Shown one piece after another: positions 49,325-61,355 of a stretch of DNA of 64,000 bases. The position numbers and the translations under genes are program-made. Numbering within the stretch: position 1 is the first letter of the stretch; every line of letters begins with the position of its first letter. Origin of the DNA: Ostreococcus lucimarinus (taxonomy: Eukaryota); the NCBI GenBank assembly GCA_000092065.1, contig CP000601.1; one strand, 5' to 3'. The notes below the pieces were generated by a model, which saw only the letters and a list, made by a program, of their open reading frames with translations, did not search any database and had not been told where the DNA came from.

Positions 49325-52300
49325 GTGCGAGCGCGTCTCGCGCGGGCGTCGCGCGCGCACCGCATTTCGCGACGGCGGTCGATGCGGGCCCCGTCGCGCG
49401 CGCCGTGCGCGTCCGCGCGCCCGGAGGCCGGCGTCGTCGACGCCCTCGATGATCTCGCCGCCGTCGACGCCCGCGCGTGCGGCATCGGCAAGCTCACGAT
49501 CGCGCACGACGACGACGACGACGACGCGCGAGGTCTCCGCCATCGCGACCGCGGCGCGTTCGCCCTCGATTTGCGCGCGTGGTCGTTCACCGCGCGCACG
49601 CAGCCGGTCCGCGCGCTCGGGGCGTGCGCGCGAGACGCGTCCGTCGACATGCGCGTGCCGTTCAGGGACGAATACGAGCGACACAGGGCGTCGCGACCGG
49701 ACGAACGCGCGCCGCGAGGGGCGAGTTGGCGCATCCATCGAGTGCGAGGATGGCGCTTCGACCTGCGCGCGCTGTACGAGGAGGTGAAAAGACGCGGTGG
49801 CGCGGACGCGATCGATGGAAATCAAGGCTGGCGCGAGGTCGCGGAGGCGATCGGGGCGCACGGACGCGGATGCGCGGCGGGACACGCGGCGAGAGCGCTG
49901 CACGGGGCGTGGCTGGAGGCGTTCGCGCGCGACGCCAAGCGAAGAGAAGACGCGGTGAAGAGCGCGCAGTTCGACGCGGTGAAGGGAGAGATCGAACAAG
50001 ATGACGCGCTGGCGATCGATGCGCTGTGTGGGCTCGAATTTGGGGCGTCGGGCGCGCCCGAACGGCGAGTCAAGGTGGAAAATGTGCGTAATTCGTGCCA
50101 TATCTTCTTCGCGCGGGACCGGGATGACGGCGAATCGCACGCGTTCGCGGCGCGTGCGACGCGCGCGCGCGATGATGGGCGTCGCGATGACGTGCGACTG
50201 ACTTTTACGGCGCGTGTTTTCGCGACGCAGGGCCTCGATCTCGTCGCCTCGCAGCTCGCGGACGCGCCCGAGGGCGACGCCGACTGCGACGTGTGCGGCG
50301 CGAGCGGGAACGAAGACGCGATGATCCTGTGCGATGGGTGCGATCGAGGGTGCGTATACGACAATGCCACGCGAGAACGCGCGCGTGAAAATTATCTCGA
50401 TCGTTCGGACGCGCGTTCGGGGAGAGAGAGCGCTCGCGCGGCGCGCGAGGGCGCGGCGAACGCGCGCGTGGGCGACGGTTAGACGTGGGGTTTAGAGGCG
50501 CGCGGGGGAGAAGGAGCCGCGAAGGAGCGACGAGACTGACGAATGATGCGCGCGTAGGTCACATATGTACTGCTTAACGCCGAAGATGACTGAAGTGCCG
50601 AGTGGAGAGTGGTTTTGTGGACGATGCGAAGAGATTGACGCGGAGGTGGAGCGATTGAGCGCGGATGAAGGGACGCAGTTTACGCTCGGCGATTTCAACG
50701 AGGCGTGCATAGAATTTGATACGGCGTTCTTTGGCGAGGACGCCAAGCGAACTGGGATCGATATGCAGGTGATTGAGGAGTGTTTCTGGCGAATGGTTGA
50801 AGATGCGAGCTCGGTGGATGATGTTTGCGAGGTCAAATGCGGCACGGCGATTGACACGACAAAGTACGGAAGCGGGTTCCCGAGACACGGCGAAGCGCTT
50901 CAGGTAAAGATTGACGGCGTGAGCCCGGAATCTATCAAGCGCTGGTCAGAGTCGAAATGGAATCTCAACAACGTCGCGCGCGCGAGTGGGGAAAAGTCGT
51001 CGCTACTGGGCGCGTTGAAGGATGACGTGGCGGGCGTGACGACGCCATTCTTAGAAGTCGGAAGCACGTTTAGTTCCACGACTTGGCGTCGAGAAGAGCA
51101 TAACATGTACAGTATCACTTACAATCACTGGGGTGCCGCGAAACTGTGGTACTGCGTGCCGGCGAGTGCAGCGGACAAGTTGGAAGAATGCTTCCAGAAG
51201 GTGATGCCCGACGTCTACGAGGCGCACGTCAACGATTTGGGAAGCGTCTTTACGATGCTCTCGCCGAGCTTCTTGATGAGCGCGGGAGTGCCCGTGCACA
51301 CGTTGGAGCAATTCCCAGGAGAATACGTGGTGACGTATCCCGGGGCGTACTACGCGTCGTTCAACTGTGGATTGAACTGCACGGAGAGCGTCAACTTTGT
51401 GCCCGCTGACTGGCTCCCAGAGGGCTCGGCGAGCGTGGAGAGAAACCGATCGTACGCCAAGCGTTCATTGTTTAGTCACGACGAGTTGGTTTGCAGAGTA
51501 GCAAACAATCCTAGTTCGAGCATAGCGCCGCACTTGTGGCCCGAGATTGCGCGCTTGTACGCTGAAGAGGCAAACGGTCGCGCCGAGCTTTTCGCGTCTG
51601 GCGTGACGCGCAGCGCGCAAATGACGTCAGCAGACGACGACGACGACGACGATGGCTGCGAAAAGCCTCGTAAAGTACGATCTAGGTTTGACGATGCATC
51701 GAACTCTGGATCCGATGAGTGCGTTGTTTGTCGACACATTTTGTACTCGTCTGGCGTCGGGTGCTCGTGCGACGAGACGCGCAAGGCGTGCTTGCGACAC
51801 GTCAACGACTTGTGCAAATGTGCGATGTCGAAGAAGACGATGTTTTACAGAGAAACAGTGGCTGATTTAGAAAGTCTGGTGAAGAAGACGGAGAAGGCGC
51901 TTTCTCAGAAGGAACTAGCCAGCTTAAAATCCAAGCACAGCGACTTGGACTCAGTCACAGTGAACAAGAATCTCGTCAAGAAGGCTCAGGCTTGGGTGAA
52001 ACGAGTGGGCGAAGAGCTCGTCAAACCACCTTTGCCGCCGCTGGACAAGATGAGAAATTTACTCGCTGCGGGTGAAGAGTTTATTTGGGGTGGTGCTGAT
52101 ATGAAGGCGGCTCGAGAAGCGTACACTCGCGTGACGAACGCCGTCGCGTGGCAGACGAGTCTTGTGGCGCTGAAGCAAAGGCTTGGATCCAGTGCTGGTG
52201 CCGAGGCCGCGCACGATGACGCTGGTGAAGCGCGATTGAGATTGAACAGACTAAAAGAGCTCCTTGACAACCCACCGGTACCGATGCCTAAGGCTGATAC

Positions 52301-55300
52301 TCAACCTTTCCGCGATTTGCTCGCGGCGGGCTTGAAATTGGAGGAACGCATCAAGGCGGCTCTCGCCGAGGTACCGAATCCATCTCCTCGCGCTTGTACG
52401 ACGCTTCAAACTGAAGCGAATAAGTTTGGTGTGGAAGTCCCTTCATATAAAAAGCTGAAGGACGTCATCGTTAGAGCAGGCGCGTGGTCCACGAAGGTGC
52501 GCGGCGCGCTTCCAGGACGACGACAACTCCCGCCGCGCGAGGAACTAGCGAATGCTCGAGAGATCGAGGCGTTATACGAAGAGGCGCATGGATTACCCGT
52601 TCAGCAGAGCGAACTCTTGACTTTGCGCAAATCTTTAGAAGAGTTGAATTTTTGGCGCGCAAAGTCTGAGTCGCTGTTCGTCGCCAAGGTTGACGTGGAA
52701 GAAGCCGAGGCGCTTCTCAAGGAGGGCATGGCGTTGTCAACAAAACTCGACGAGGTCGACAGACTAGCCGATCAAATCAAAGCTGTCAAAGTGTGGGCCG
52801 ATCATGCTCGAGCGAGTGATTATCCGGGAGCAAGAGTGACGGATTTGCACATGCTTCTCGTCGAGGGTGAAAAGTTTAGCGTGCGAGTGGACGAAGTCGA
52901 GTGGTTGCGAAACCGTATCGTCGTCCGGGAGCTGGCAGAGAAATTGAAGGACATGGTTTCATCGAAGAAATATCCGCTCGCCGAAGTCGAAGCGGCCGTG
53001 CGGGCGGGTAACGAGTTCCTCGACTCCGAAGATAAAGAGGTTGCCCCAGATGAAGAAGCGCTGCTGGCGCAGTGCGAGAGCCACATCAACGCGGCGAAGA
53101 AGTGGAACGAGCGCGCGGCGGTGATGCTCAAATCTCTCGATAGTAAGGACCGACCGTCACTCGAAGACGCCGCGTCGCTCATCCGCGAAGGAAGCTCGAT
53201 TCCAATCTTTCTGAATGGATTCGACGTGCTTTCAGAAGCGGTCAATGTAGCCAAGTCTTGGTTGGATCGTGCACAACCTTGTTTGAAGGGAAAGCAGCTC
53301 ACTCGTCGCGGTGTGTCAAATCCGATTCCGCCGCTTTCCGAGGCGCAAGAGCTCATGAAAGAGTCTTCGAACTTGAAATTGTTTGTCAAGGAAGTTGAAG
53401 CTTTGGAAGAACGCGTCGAAGCCGCAGAAGAGTGGGACGTGGACGCGAAGGACGCCATCGAGCGCTGGCGAGAAGACGGCGCCGAGGTGACGTTGACCGA
53501 GCTTGAACTTTCGCACGAAGACTTTGGATTAGAATTACCAGCCATGGAGACAGTTCGCATTCGTTTAAAGTCGCTCAAGTGGGAAGAACGCGTCGCTAAG
53601 ATCATTGCACCCAAGGCGAAGCTCGTCGAGGACACCGTTTTGGACGAGCTCAGGGAAGAAATCGACGTGCTTCAAGACTTGAAAGAGGATCTTGTCGCTG
53701 AAATCATGAAACGGTACACGATTGTGGACGAATGGCGCAAGAAAGCGGATCGTTTGCTCGATCCTCCTCTCCTTGAAGACGGTCGATTGGCTCCGAGTGC
53801 ATCACCGGAGGAAATAGACGCCCTCATCGCCGAAGGCAAGGCACTTCCCGCTGACGTCTCGAAGGTAGAAGACCTCGAGGCGTCGTTGGCGGATCACGCA
53901 CAGTGGGTCGACACCGTTCGTAAGTGCTTGAACAGTGTCGCTGAAGGTCGATCTCGCCCTTCGATTGACGAATTATACGATCTTCTAGCGGAGGTGGAAG
54001 ATTTGACCTTCAAGTGCTCAGAGAGACAAGCGCTCACAAATGCGTGCAACGCCGCCACGGCGTGGACGGAGAGGCTCAACGCGTTGCTCTGGGCAAACGA
54101 TCAGGGTGAAGTCAAACAAGAAAAAACGCTTATCGAAATGTTGAGCAATGTTCTTGATTCCATCAAAGCTGGTGTGGAAGACATCACCGGGACTGGCGAA
54201 CCGCCGGAGACGGAGGAGGGTTAGTTCTGCCTTTGTCGACAAGCTGGAGGAATTCAAATGGTTGGATGTGATGATTGCGGTGACTGGTATCACTTAAAAT
54301 GTATCAATGTGACGCCTACTATGGCAAAGACGATGCACAATTACATCTGTCCGCCATGCATCGCGAAGAGTGGCAAGGCGAGCGCACTCTCGTTGGATAC
54401 GTATCGCTCGGTGCATCGCACCAATCGCCCAAACGTCATGCTTTTGCGAGAACTCCTCGGTGAAGCGCAGCGATTTCCTGGAGAAGTGCCAGAAGAAGCC
54501 GTGTTGAATCAAGTCATCAATACTCACGACGCGTGGCGATTGGAAGTACGAAAGACTTTGCATAGAAAGAGTATGAAGGAAGCACACGACAACGCCATCA
54601 GTCAAGCTTCGAAGATTGCCCAAGAAGCAGCGATGAGAGAATCTGAGGAACGCACACGACGAATCGCCGAAGCGTCGCTCGCGGCGACTGCAGAGAACCC
54701 CAATCCTCCAGCTTCTCTCACGCCATTACAGCAAGTCATGCTGATGGGTCAAGCTGTCACGTTCGCCGCAACGCAGCGCACGCACGCGTTGAACATTTCG
54801 CCGTGTTCGCAGGAGATTTCAGATGTCGTCACAAAGCAGCTCGGGCAACTTCAACAGCTCGCCATGCAACTCGCGATGTGCCAAGCTCAAATTCACATGG
54901 CTCCAGTTCGGTCTAGGCCCCACATCCTCCACGTCTTGATGATGCAGCAACAGCATCTAAAGATGACAAACGAGCACGAGGAAGAGCTGGCAAATGTTGG
55001 CGCTAGCAACTGGCTCATGGAAGCGACTCTGCAACTATCTGGAATGTCTGGCATGATGCCGCCGCCGACGGCGCAAGACACCGGCAAAGAACCTTCAACA
55101 TCCACGGGTCATGGTAGTCCAAGCGATATGTCTGCTCAGTTGAAGACGAACGAACCGATGATGGTTCCGCAGCAGTTCATGTTGCAACCGGCCATGCCAT
55201 CGCTTGTCGGCGACGCGTCTGGAATGCCCAAGCAAGAGATGGATTACACGTATGACATTCCTCGAAAAGATAATGTCGATCCAGCGCTGCAAGTGTACGC

Positions 55301-56087
55301 GGGCATGAAGGGTGCTCTGGCGATGGAGCTGGAACCTGTTGAGGAGACGCTCGCGTTGATGCGCGAAGTGTGCGGTCCGGCGTGGAGAGAACAAGCCACG
55401 CGGCTCATGACTGGTGCGCCGTTCCCGAGGTTGATCAAGCTTCACGAGCTCAAGGAATCTGCCATGGCTGCTGGTCTTTGCCCTGGTGCCGGCATTGATC
55501 CTTTGGCCGATCGCGCGCACGCGTTGGAGGTTGCTGGACAAATCTGGCTCGAACGCGCCGCCGCCGTCGTGCAAGACAAAACGATTCCTATCGAGGCGGC
55601 GCAGTTGCTGCTTCAAGAGGGTCGATCTTTGCCTTTATACTTGAAGGAGGAGCTCGAGGAGTTGGGAGAGCGATGCGAACTGTATTGCGTTTGCCGAAGC
55701 GCGTACGACGCTCTCAGGCCGATGATTTGCTGCGATCGATGCGATGGTTGGTTTCATTACGAGTGCATCGGCATGCAGTCGCCGGCGCCGGGCGAGGAAG
55801 ACGAAAACGCCGAAAACGTCAAGTTTGCCTGCCCAGAGTGCTGCGCGGCGCAAGGTATTCCGTACGTTCCGTTCCGTCCAGCGCCGAAGGACACGGACAA
55901 AGCGCCGGAGCGAGCCGCGCCTCCGCCGGCTGAAGAAGCTCCGGAGCCGCCAAAGACGGAAGAAGAAGCGAAGCCGCCCGCTAAACCAGAACCGGAAGTC
56001 GCGGACAACAAGAAGAAACGAAAAACGGTGGAGCCGACTCCGCCTGCTAATAAAAGTACCTCTAGTCGCAGCAGAAGACGAAAGTAG
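49325..56087 (+). CDS. KDM5: KDM5/JARID1-type JmjC histone demethylase (ARID-PHD1-JmjC-C5HC2 ZnF-PLU1-PHD2-PHD3), interrupted by one clear intron (50350..50556) and an in-frame TAG at 54222..54224
   Basis: ARID block FDLRALYEEVKRRGGADAIDGNQGWREVAEAIG. PHD1 is split by the intron (CDVCGASGNEDAMILCDGCDRG | SHMYCLTPKMTEVPSGEWFCGRCEE). JmjC core HNMYSITYNHWGAAKLWYCVP...FNCGLNCTESVNF, then a C5HC2 zinc finger. Downstream PHD fingers FCLCRQAGGIQMVGCDDCGDWYHLKC...CPPC and CVCRSAYDALRPMICCDRCDGWFHYEC...CPEC. Confidence 0.8.
50350..50556 (+). other. KDM5: Spliceosomal intron of the KDM5 gene (207 nt, GTGCGT...GTAG), splitting PHD1
   Basis: Splicing gives CDGCDRG-SHMYCL, a canonical C-x4-H-x2-C PHD spacing, in frame. 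Confidence 0.8.
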
Positions 56088-56135
56088 TTCTCTAGATTTA
56101 CAACATTTGACACAATAAACAACAACTTCAATAAT

Positions 56136-57362
56136 TCAACCGTCCAGGTGCTCGTCCCATCCCAGGTCTCGTTTCGGCTTGCGCCTACCGACCAACTTGG
56201 CCGCGTCCAGTTCGGTCAACAATTCAATTTCGTCGAGTGTTTCCTCGCTCACATCGATGTCGTCCGTCACCGCGAGCTTTTGACCCTTTCTATGACGCTC
56301 GACGAGTTCTTCGAGATATCCTTGCTTTGCGTAGTTCGGTATCAACCTAGACATGTACACGCCGCGCAAAATACGTTTTTCTTCCTCAGTCAAATCGCCG
56401 TGAAACCCTCGGCGGTTGATCCGGTCCGTCACGGCGTGCGACATCACGAGCGCGGCGGCGACGGAAATGTTCAAAGACTCGGTGAAGCCAAACATCGGAA
56501 TGTACACGGCGCCATCCCGCAGCGCTCGCGCCTCGTCCGAAACCCCCTCGCGCTCGTTCCCAAACACCACCGCCGTGGGCACGGTCCAATCGTAATGCGA
56601 CAGCGGCTGCGCGCCGTCAAACTCAGTCGTAAGAACGCGGTATCCTTTCGCCTTCGCGACTCTGAGCGCGCGTTCCGACGTCTCAAACTGCTCCACGTGT
56701 TGCCACTTCAGCGCCCCTCCCGACGTCCTCCCGCTCGCCTTGAACGACAGCCCCTTCGAGCTCACGATCGACGCGCACCCGATCCCCAGCGCCTCCGTCG
56801 TCCGACACACCGCCAAGATATTGCCGACGTCGTAGACGCCCTCTAGAATCGGCAGCAACGAAAAACTTCTATGCTCCAAAACGTTTTCCAGCCGCATGCG
56901 TCGCTCTTCCCCGACCATCGCCGTCGCGAGCGCCACCATCGTCTCCGTCTCGCACGTCGCCCTCGCGAACGCGAATCCATCGCCGTACGGGAATCTTTCC
57001 CTCTCGTCCTCGTTCGCGCGCGTCCCCAAATCTTCCCGCCGCGCCCGCACCAGCCCGTGAAACTCCAGCGCGTCCGGCGCCCACGCGCGCTGCCTTCGGT
57101 GCGCCTTCGCGCTCTTCGTCGCCACCGCGCCCGTGCGCGCCACCGCGCGCGTCGGTCGCGGCGTCGTGCGCTTCACGACGACGTCGTGCGGGCCGGCGTG
57201 CGCGCGCGACCCCGGTTCCGACACCGATTCCGATTCCGCCGCGTCGTCGTCGCGCGCGCGTCGCGTCGCCGGTCGAGCGACGCGCGCGGCGCGCTCGCGA
57301 GCGTCGCGTCGATTCGCGTCGATTCGCGATCCCGCGCCCGCGATCGCGCGCGTCGACGCCAT
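56136..57362 (-). CDS. SpoU/TrmH-family RNA 2'-O-ribose methyltransferase
   Basis: SPOUT motifs VVFGNEREGVSDEARAL...YIPMFGFTESLNISVAAALV. N-terminal presequence-like region. Confidence 0.78.
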   Translation of the reverse strand: MASTRAIAGAGSRIDANRRDARERAARVARPATRRARDDDAAESESVSEPGSRAHAGPHDVVVKRTTPRPTRAVARTGAVATKSAKAHRRQRAWAPDALEFHGLVRARREDLGTRANEDERERFPYGDGFAFARATCETETMVALATAMVGEERRMRLENVLEHRSFSLLPILEGVYDVGNILAVCRTTEALGIGCASIVSSKGLSFKASGRTSGGALKWQHVEQFETSERALRVAKAKGYRVLTTEFDGAQPLSHYDWTVPTAVVFGNEREGVSDEARALRDGAVYIPMFGFTESLNISVAAALVMSHAVTDRINRRGFHGDLTEEEKRILRGVYMSRLIPNYAKQGYLEELVERHRKGQKLAVTDDIDVSEETLDEIELLTELDAAKLVGRRKPKRDLGWDEHLDG

Positions 57363-57520
57363 TCGAATCGCCGCGCGACGCGAAGTGTCGACATCGCGTC
57401 GCGCGGCGATTCGAATCGCGTCGCGCTCGAACGGCGTCGCGTCCTCGCGACGCGCGCGCGATGACGCGCGAACGTCGCGCGCGCGCCGCGCGGTCGCGGG
57501 GCGCGCGCGCGCGCGAGACG

Positions 57521-59032
57521 ATGGCGGCGGTGACGCTCGGGACGTTTTTGGTGTTGGGACGCGCGGGCGCGTTTCGCGGCGCGAGCGCGCGGCGCGCGCC
57601 GCTACAGGCGATGGACGCGGGCGCGGGAAGCGCGGGAGGGACGGCGTCGCGGCCGGCGCGGCGATGGATGACGCACCTGCTGCGCGATCACCCGGAGATG
57701 CGATGCACGCAGATTCCGAGCAAGCCGGTGATCGTCGGCGGCGACGGCGGCGGCGCGGGAAAGCCGCTGATGGAATTCCTGAGGGATTCGAACGCGGTGA
57801 CGTTCGGACCGACGGATAAGGATGGGAACAGCGACGCGGAGCGGTTGAGCGGGTTGGATGACATGGTGGTGGACGTCATGGCGTTTTCGAAGCGGTTGCT
57901 GTACGAACCGGATGATTTGCCGATGGATTTGCAAGCGGATTTAGCGAAACATTTGTGCGATATGTTTGCGAGACAGGAGAAGTGGTTGCACCCGGGATTG
58001 ACGATGAATGGGATACAACACGATCAAGAGGTCGGGCGGTGGGGATGGAAGGATCCGTTGGCGATGTATTTGGTGCCGATTTGGAGAGACGTGTACGGGC
58101 CGTCGGTGACGTACGTGCACTTGGTGCGGGATCCGCGGACGCTGCCGCTCGGGAATTTGCACGACAAGGAGCGGGATTTACAAAAGGCGTACTTTGGTCA
58201 AGAGCGATGGGAGCAGTTGACGGCAAAATTTGAATCCGAGTGGGCGCATCTCTCCCAGCACCAGTCGATGACGAGCGTGAAGAAGGACGACGTGATTGAT
58301 TTATTGCGCACGACGGCGTACTGGACGTCCATCAACTTTGAGCTCGGGGCGCTCATCAAGGGCCCGCTCAAGAACTACGCCACGGTGCTCCGGGCGGAGG
58401 ATTTGGTGCAACCGGACATGGATCACTTCCGACGCGACGCCACCGGGAAAAAACCGGAAAAGTACCAAGCCGCGCAAAAAGTCATGCAAGAGCTCACGAC
58501 GCTCCTCAAGCTCCCGGCGAAACTTTCCAACACGCTGGGAAGCCACGAACACATGAAGCAAAACCTCCGACGGTTCACGATCCACCGCGAAAAGTTCGTC
58601 TACCGCACCGACTCCCCCATCATCGAAGTCCAAACCCGCATCGCCGAGAAGACGTTGGAACTCTTCGGCTACTCCGCCGACGCCGCGCTCTTCGTCTCGC
58701 GGCACCCGTCGTCGAGCGAGCCCCACGGCCATCGTCTCACCCCCGAGGGCGAGTACATGCACGAGGAGCACAGGTATACTCCCGACGATTTCGAGCCCAC
58801 GATCGAACCCGCGTCGGAGGGCGATCTTCCCGGCATCACCAACCACGTCCTCGGCGCTCAGCTCAAGTACACCGACCGCGTCGAGCTCGAGCGCGCCAAG
58901 ACGCGCGCGCCCGACACGGAGCAATCTCGCGCCGTCGAGGCCCAGCTCATGGAGGCTAAGAAGAAGACCTTTTTGCTCGAAACCACCAAAATCGACGGCA
59001 AGTCTCTCAAGGACGTCATCGACCATCTGTGA
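57521..59032 (+). CDS. Hypothetical secreted protein (signal peptide; weak sulfotransferase-like RDPR motif)
   Basis: MAAVTLGTFLVLGRAGA signal-like start. HLVRDPRTL resembles the sulfotransferase 3'-phosphate-binding motif, but no convincing 5'PSB motif is present. Confidence 0.45.
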   Translation: MAAVTLGTFLVLGRAGAFRGASARRAPLQAMDAGAGSAGGTASRPARRWMTHLLRDHPEMRCTQIPSKPVIVGGDGGGAGKPLMEFLRDSNAVTFGPTDKDGNSDAERLSGLDDMVVDVMAFSKRLLYEPDDLPMDLQADLAKHLCDMFARQEKWLHPGLTMNGIQHDQEVGRWGWKDPLAMYLVPIWRDVYGPSVTYVHLVRDPRTLPLGNLHDKERDLQKAYFGQERWEQLTAKFESEWAHLSQHQSMTSVKKDDVIDLLRTTAYWTSINFELGALIKGPLKNYATVLRAEDLVQPDMDHFRRDATGKKPEKYQAAQKVMQELTTLLKLPAKLSNTLGSHEHMKQNLRRFTIHREKFVYRTDSPIIEVQTRIAEKTLELFGYSADAALFVSRHPSSSEPHGHRLTPEGEYMHEEHRYTPDDFEPTIEPASEGDLPGITNHVLGAQLKYTDRVELERAKTRAPDTEQSRAVEAQLMEAKKKTFLLETTKIDGKSLKDVIDHL

Positions 59033-59135
59033 GGTGTAATTAAAACCAAACGCGCCTCGCGCGTCCCGCCGCGTCGCGAACGACCGTTCAAACCCGCGCG
59101 CTGGATGTGCGTCACATCGCGCCCGGTCGTCCGTC

Positions 59136-61355
59136 ATGGACGCCCCCGAGCTCGCGATCGCGCTGGACGAGCTCGCCATCTTACCTCCCGCGTCGCTCGC
59201 GCACGTTCCCACCCTGCGCGCCGCGCACGCCGCGCTCCGGTCGTCCCAGTGTCCCGGCGTCGCCGCCGCGCCCGCGCGCGACGTCGCCGACGCGCCCGAA
59301 CAGCTCGACGTCGACCGCCTCCACGACGTCTTCGACGCGTGCGCGCGCGCGGGGTGCGCGTCGGTGATCGCGCACTACGTCGACGAAGTGTGCCTGAGCG
59401 ACGATGGAAGGTTCTCGAGCGACGACGGCGCGGAGGCGTACGCGCGGGACGGGGCGTGCGCGAGCGCGTGGGCGCGAAGAGCGACGAGACGAGCGAGCGA
59501 AAGAGTGCACGCGAGCGCGGGAAGACCGCGAGAGGCGAGAGTGGCGGCGGTGGAGGACGCGATGCGAACGCTGGAGGCGGCGCGAAGGACGGTGGAGGCG
59601 CTGGGAGGATGGAGAGAGGACGGGGACGAGGCGAACGCGGAGCGAGAGGCGCTGCGAGCGACGGCGGATGAAGTGGTGACGAGACAGCTGCAGGCGGAGG
59701 CGCTGCTGTGGGCGGCGAGAGAGGGATTGAGTGATGCGGTGGGGGCGCGATACGGTGGACCGGCGGCGTGGGCGGGGGCGGTGCAACGGCGAAGGAGCGC
59801 GGCGGCGAACGGGGACGCGCGATTCGGAGGCGCAAACGCGACGACGTTTTTAGATGATTTACTCGCGGGGGTGGGCGAGCATCAGCCAGCGTATCCGTTC
59901 AAGACGGTGACGGATGCGGCGAAGTGCGTGTTCGTGGACGGGAGCGCGTCGCCGGCGGCGCTCGTGGCGAAGAAGTGTTTGTTTCTGTACTTTTTGCTCG
60001 ATTCCGGCTTGCCGCACGACGGGTCGCCGATGGAGTACGCGCGACAAGCGCGTATTCATCCGAGGTTGTTTCAAGAAACGCGCGCAGCGGTATTGCTCGA
60101 TGACTCAGAGAACGAGGCGTCGCTCGACGAGGCGTGCGCGCTCTTACCTCGCGTCGCGCATCCGTTGTTGCCGGTGAAGTTTATCGCGAGTTTAGCTCGA
60201 CGCGGTCGCGCGACGACGGCGTTAATGGTGGCGCGCGCGCGCGCGCCTTCGTCCTCGGACACCGAGGCCATAGGTTTAGATGTTTCAATCCGTCTCGCGT
60301 GCGGTCTCATCGCCGAGGCGTTTATCGCCGTCAGAGACGCGTTCAAGACGTTTCCCGAATTGCGCGGCGATTCAAAATCAGGCGCATACCTCGTGAGTCT
60401 GTTGTTAGATCACGGCGTCGAGAAGCTTTGCCTGGACAAGGTCCTCGAGCTTCCGTTTTACGGCGAGATGGAGAAGTTACTGCTCGACCTCTTGTGGGCG
60501 CGACGCTCGGAAGTTCCCGTGGAGACTGGAATTTTGTACTTGCTCAACCGAGGACGCGCGCTCGAGGCGTCCGAGTTGTTCTCCAAAGCCAGAAGTGAAG
60601 GGCGTTTAGAAGACGAGCACGCCGCGAAACTCGTGAAGCGAATGCAGGAGAGTTTGTCACGCTTGCCGGTGCCGCAAAAAGTACTCGTGGCGGAAGCCGC
60701 GAGGCAAAGAGGCGACGACGACGCCTTGTTGGCTCGCTCGCTCGTCGTGCGGGACGCATCGGAGGACGCTTTGGCCACCACCGCGAGCGCACTGTTGATC
60801 GATGAAGTCAAGGAATTCGAGGCCGTGTTGAAGAGCGAAGACGCCGCCGTCGGCATCTTGCCGTTTCTCAAACCACCCATCGAACTTGCGCGCGAGCGGC
60901 GAGAGCCGTCGATCGACAGCGCGACGGCGGCGTTGGCCACGACGATGTTGGTAAGCCCGGGCAAACCTTTGACGTTCGTTCGACCGCACGACGCGAAGGC
61001 CGATCGTCGCAGCGCGCTCGAACGCGGTCCGTCGTCCTCACCCGCTGGCATCAAATCTCTGATGACTCCGTCGGGCGCGCGAACTTCGAGCTACACGGTT
61101 CCCGAACCGACCATGTACGCCTCACCGTTCGGTGCGCGTCGTCGACCATCACTGGACGAGCCCACCGTCGCACCGCCGCCGAAGGATCACACCGCGTCTT
61201 TGCTGTTCGGCGCGCGTCCGACGCCGCTTCCCGGCGGAGACTTCCCATCCTTCCTCTCGCCCGCGCCCAAGCGCGCCGCGCGTGCATCGACGCGCGACGA
61301 ACGCGGCGATCCCTCCGACTCTCCTCGGCGTCGAAGCTCACGACTCGCGAAATAA
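59136..61355 (+). CDS. Hypothetical 739-aa protein, no recognisable domain
   Basis: Long intact GC3-rich ORF with an Ala/Arg/Leu-rich helical composition. Confidence 0.5.
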   Translation: MDAPELAIALDELAILPPASLAHVPTLRAAHAALRSSQCPGVAAAPARDVADAPEQLDVDRLHDVFDACARAGCASVIAHYVDEVCLSDDGRFSSDDGAEAYARDGACASAWARRATRRASERVHASAGRPREARVAAVEDAMRTLEAARRTVEALGGWREDGDEANAEREALRATADEVVTRQLQAEALLWAAREGLSDAVGARYGGPAAWAGAVQRRRSAAANGDARFGGANATTFLDDLLAGVGEHQPAYPFKTVTDAAKCVFVDGSASPAALVAKKCLFLYFLLDSGLPHDGSPMEYARQARIHPRLFQETRAAVLLDDSENEASLDEACALLPRVAHPLLPVKFIASLARRGRATTALMVARARAPSSSDTEAIGLDVSIRLACGLIAEAFIAVRDAFKTFPELRGDSKSGAYLVSLLLDHGVEKLCLDKVLELPFYGEMEKLLLDLLWARRSEVPVETGILYLLNRGRALEASELFSKARSEGRLEDEHAAKLVKRMQESLSRLPVPQKVLVAEAARQRGDDDALLARSLVVRDASEDALATTASALLIDEVKEFEAVLKSEDAAVGILPFLKPPIELARERREPSIDSATAALATTMLVSPGKPLTFVRPHDAKADRRSALERGPSSSPAGIKSLMTPSGARTSSYTVPEPTMYASPFGARRRPSLDEPTVAPPPKDHTASLLFGARPTPLPGGDFPSFLSPAPKRAARASTRDERGDPSDSPRRRSSRLAK

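Noticed and set aside
54198-54224. A 24-27-nt micro-intron (GTTAG...CAAG) that would remove the in-frame TAG in the KDM5 gene
   Set aside because: It is too short for any known spliceosome in this kind of genome, and it would delete the first Cys pair (FCLC) of PHD2, which reads perfectly in the existing frame. The true explanation (longer intron, sequencing error, nonsense allele or read-through) is left open as a finding.
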